Source: Massalongia carnosa
Lineage: Eukaryota
Direction: 5' to 3'
Length of the DNA: 64,000 bases
Assembly (NCBI GenBank): GCA_965645245.1
Contig: OZ287080.1
Coordinates: forward strand, 806,001-870,000
Made by a program: the position numbers and the translations under genes
Part shown: in pieces, positions 60,701 through 64,000 of the stretch
How positions within the stretch are numbered: position 1 is the first letter of the stretch
Layout of the letters: every line of letters starts with the position of its first letter
Notes under the pieces: generated by a model
The model's input: only the letters and a program-made list of their open reading frames with translations
Databases searched by the model: none
What the model was told of the DNA's origin: nothing

Positions 60701-60815
60701 TCTGGTAGGCTCATATAAATAAGAAGAATGAGGAGAATATGTTGGGAAAGTTTCAGTATATCAAAATATAGGGTACCGATGTTTTGGGGGTTGGCTTTTG
60801 GGCGACGTGTTATTG

Positions 60816-62096
60816 ATTTTCTTTGGCCGACTTTAGAAGCTCAATTGAATTTGTCCGATTGATCGCTTCTTGGCTATCTCGCGAATGTTCGTCAAATGTT
60901 CGTCTTTAATTTCGTTTGATTGGTGGGCTTGATCTAATATTTAAATTCAATGAAGGCATCGGCAAGATAGTGGAATATTGACCCGATGGGAATTTCGTTA
61001 CCTTTGGTGTCGGTATTGACGGGGCTGATGCATATTCGCGAGTTTGATCTTTAGGTTCAAGACGGGGAGAGCTCCCTATCAACGCCACCGGAGATGGTCC
61101 GGGGGAGTATCAGGGGGGGACCGGGTAGGGGGTCGATAGGGGGGCGGGACCGGCTGGGGGTGGTGTCCTTGGTATATTCCGGCGGTTCATTACCGCGTTA
61201 AACATGATTTATAAATAAATCGATGTTGCCTTTGCTATATCCCCTTTATCGCCACCAAATAGTTTATTCTGACGTTCCCCGGACGTAATAGTCAGAATAG
61301 AGAGTTTTTACGCCGATTTACTGGTCTAAAGACTCTTGCTTTTCAAACCCTATTTATTTGACAATAACAAGTCAAATAAATCCTAGTCGAGTTAAAATAG
61401 ACCGTTCCTCGCTTAGGTAATAGATCTTATTTAACTCTTTACCTAGACACTAAGATATTTGGAATATAATAAGAATTTCACGATCGAACAGAAAAAATTT
61501 TTTAAAAAATGTATTTGATCCAGAAATAAAAATCAAGTACAATTAGAGAGTAGGAGACTTCCTATTCTTGTTAGCCTGAAACAGGGCCTTTGGTTTAACT
61601 CTATTTCAGACGTTTTTCCCCTTCGTTTCAGCAGATTGTTGGTCGGCAGTTCAACGGAAATCGAAAAAACCCAAAATGGAATAGTGTATACGGTACCCGT
61701 AACCTTAAATTTCATATGAATACCGAGAAGTTTTGTTTTCTTGAGAACAGGTTTTACAGTTACGCGACAGTAATGATATTTTGTAGAGAATTTTTGTGAT
61801 AATAGATGAGATTTATGCAACAATTAAACCGAAGAAATATTGAAAATCGAGCGATTTTTGACGTTGTTGTTGGTGTTTTTGTGTATTGTAGATTTTTTGG
61901 ACGCGCTTTTTAGTGAAGGGGCGGACAGACCGCGAGGAAAACTCTGCAGGAGCAGTGGAAGAGCTCTCCTGTACCCAATTCTGATGGGTTTTAGCTTCTG
62001 GTAGGCTCAAATGAATGAGAAGACTGAGGAAAATAAGGTGAAAAGTTTCAGTATATCAAAATATATTGTACCGATGTTTTGGGGGTTGGCTTTTTG
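60816..62096 (-). mobile_element. Subfamily B 5' fragment (B3): 5' UTR and ORF1 start, directly upstream of B2
   Basis: Near duplicate of about 59560-60800; ORF1 ATG at 61205. Confidence 0.9.
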
Positions 62097-62704
62097 AATG
62101 GTCGTGGGCAAATGGAAGAGCTTGATGGATAGTCCTTGTTAACGGACTGGCTTGAACTGGTGTTTGGTTTTACCAGATTCCGACGGATTGCTATTATATG
62201 TTGCTTGGTTACTTGGTTCTGGCTCTTAGATCGAAAGGATCACAGTCGCTGGGCGTTTCTAGGTCCGACTTTGATGTGGACTGACCGGGAGTGACTGGAG
62301 GCTAAGGGATGATAGTACAAAGCAATCCAATTTTGATTGATCTGAGTTATCCTCTAAGAGAAAAGCAACGATTTCCGCACTAGCCGCCTGAAATGTATGT
62401 TTTGAATCCCTTTCAAGCCTTGTTGCCGGCCTATTATTTAGTTAAGGCTCTGAGAGTCATTGGATCTCGGCAAGAGTGCCACGTAGTAATAGGTCAGTGA
62501 TTGATATAACAGATCTAAATGCAGAAGCAGATTCAGGTGCAAAGATTGATTTGAGGCGTTTAGATGTGCCTTTGGGATTGATAAATCGAGAGCGTTTTTT
62601 GTTTTTCGAAGCCAAAATAATCCTACAGTCTTATAACTGATACGCAGATGCTGACAATGAATAGAGGGCAAAATCGATGGCAGGGAGATTTGGTTTAATC
62701 CCAA

Positions 62705-63030
62705 TGGATGTCACATTCCCGGTTTTTTGTTGGGAACGTGGATTATCCGAGACATCTGGATGTCAAAATCCCGGTTTTTTATTGGGAATGTAGATCATCC
62801 GAGATATCGAAGTAAATATCACATATCCGGTTTTTTATTGGAAATGTAGATCATCCGAGACACCTGGATGTCACATTCCCGATTTTTTGTTGGGAATGTA
62901 GATCATCCGAGACATCAAAGTGAAGTGGATGTCACATTCCCGGTTTTTTATTGGGAACGTAGATCGTCCGAGAAATCTGGATGTCACATTCCCGGTTTTT
63001 TGTTGGGAATGTAGATCATCCGAGACATCG
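62705..63030. repeat. Six-unit tandem array (52/56/52/61/52 bp spacing) of hairpin-forming units
   Basis: Units start at about 62705, 62757, 62813, 62865, 62926, 62978; consensus TGGATGTCACATTCCCGGTTTTTT(A/G)TTGGGAATGTAGATCATCCGAGACATC. Confidence 0.9.
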
Positions 63031-63283
63031 AAACGAAGTGCGAGGAGGTGCCTGTTAAAATATTTGTTAGCGTTCGTTTAGTAATGGGCAAAGAAGAATC
63101 CGGGCGCCCGATAGTTGTGCTTAGCCATCTCAAACACTGCCGACTGTTTCATATGTGTCGATTAGTGTCGGATTTTCTGTAGGAGATTATTCGCGATGGT
63201 AATTGTTTGCGACGGTAAGGAGGCTTATGTTAGGGCAGGTAAAGTAAGACAAGCAAACACATGTAAAGAGGTGCCCTGAGGCC

Positions 63284-63492
63284 GGGCTCATAACCTATCA
63301 AAAGGTAGTATAGTAGATAGAGGATAGAACGCTTGCTATTGTTCTATATAGTGGGAATAGCTAGATTTATAGACAATGTACGGTATGCTAGTATTAGACT
63401 AACGATACGTCTAGCAGTTAGCGTGCGCCATACTCGTGCCGTAGAAGGTGAGTGCGGCTGAAATGAAGTAGCCTGATTTGTACATTCTAACA
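63284..63492 (-). mobile_element. Ty1/Copia-type 5' LTR (63296-63492) and PBS (63284-63295)
   Basis: Minus strand TGTTAG...TGATA followed at once by GGTTATGAGCCC, the PBS typical of fungal Copia; outer flank resumes LINE C ORF1. Confidence 0.75.
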
Positions 63493-64000
63493 GGCTAGCA
63501 AGTGATCGTCATAACAACATTAAACCATCAGCTGTTTTGAAGTTCAATGATCGAAATATAGCTTTGAACGCGTCGAGAGGTGTAAATATCGCGGTATGAC
63601 ACTGTGACACGGAAATATTTACATCCGTTCGTCCGAATACGCAATACATCAAATGCATAAAATTTGGATAAAAGCATTATAAATGCAAAAATCAAGCGAA
63701 ATACAATATGTTCACAAAATCATGAAACTCAAAATCATGAATGCACAACTTGCAAATTCAAAAACGCGTGTGCACATGGCGTCGTCAAATGCGTCAATTG
63801 CAATCAAAATTATCAGTCAAAATGATGAACGATGTGAAATGATTGCATCGTTAAACGTTCGAAAATCGACTGACGAGTTATTCGCTTTGTAATGGCAGGA
63901 CAGCATTCGTTGACAAACTTTGAAAATACACAAAATGTCAGATTTATTCAATACAATTGTACAAAGTCAACGAATGCAATGATTTCGTGTCTGGAATATG
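63493..64000 (+). pseudogene. LINE copy C: ORF1 end and ORF2 start
   Basis: LASDRHNNIK...RKSTDELFAL, TAATG at 63890-63894, then MAGQHSLT. Confidence 0.88.

Larger units (their letters stand above)
53626..60800 (-). mobile_element. Full-length decayed subfamily B LINE (B2)
   Basis: Tail at 53626, ORF2 fragments, TAATG at 58359-58363, ORF1 ATG 59945, 5' UTR to about 60800; no TSD found. Confidence 0.92.

Noticed and set aside
17057..62096. Telomere-maintaining retrotransposon array (HeT-A/TART-like)
   Set aside because: No telomeric repeats, and copies have internal TSDs showing ordinary endonuclease-mediated insertion.
62705..63030. CRISPR-like array
   Set aside because: No unique spacers, no cas genes, eukaryotic TE context.
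63053..63492. 440-bp + strand LTR with upstream PPT
   Set aside because: The Copia PBS at 63284-63295 better defines a 197-bp minus-strand LTR.

Overview
The whole 64 kb is a gene-free stack of nested fungal-type (ascomycete-like) transposable elements; I found no host gene, rRNA, tRNA gene or CRISPR array. Most insertions can be delimited by target-site duplications (TSDs) read directly from the sequence. Left: a Ty3/Gypsy element inserted in the integrase of an older Gypsy, three solo-type LTRs, a decayed intron-bearing piggyBac, and an old Tad1-like LINE carrying a 571-bp TRIM-like element. Centre: a 1.3-kb Tc1 (DD34E) transposon expanded to 28.5 kb (16207-44674) by nested insertions: Tad1-like LINEs (APE-RT-RNase H, TAATG ORF1/ORF2 junction), a near-intact piggyBac at a non-TTAA site, a young chromodomain Gypsy with TG...TA LTRs, and a 1-kb solo LTR. 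Right: more mostly co-oriented copies of the same LINE family, a hairpin tandem array and a Copia 5' LTR with PBS. The most notable signal is the ~900-nt 5' leader of the dominant LINE family, which is almost free of upstream AUGs and has several stems with compensatory base changes between subfamilies, suggesting a conserved structured RNA of unknown function. Other points: G/T-rich extra nucleotides at full-length 5' junctions, LINE blocks with two 5' ends, Tf1-like self-priming sites and -1 frameshift signals. The organism cannot be fixed from sequence; similarity to powdery-mildew-type TE landscapes is inference. All structure and alignment statements were made by eye.
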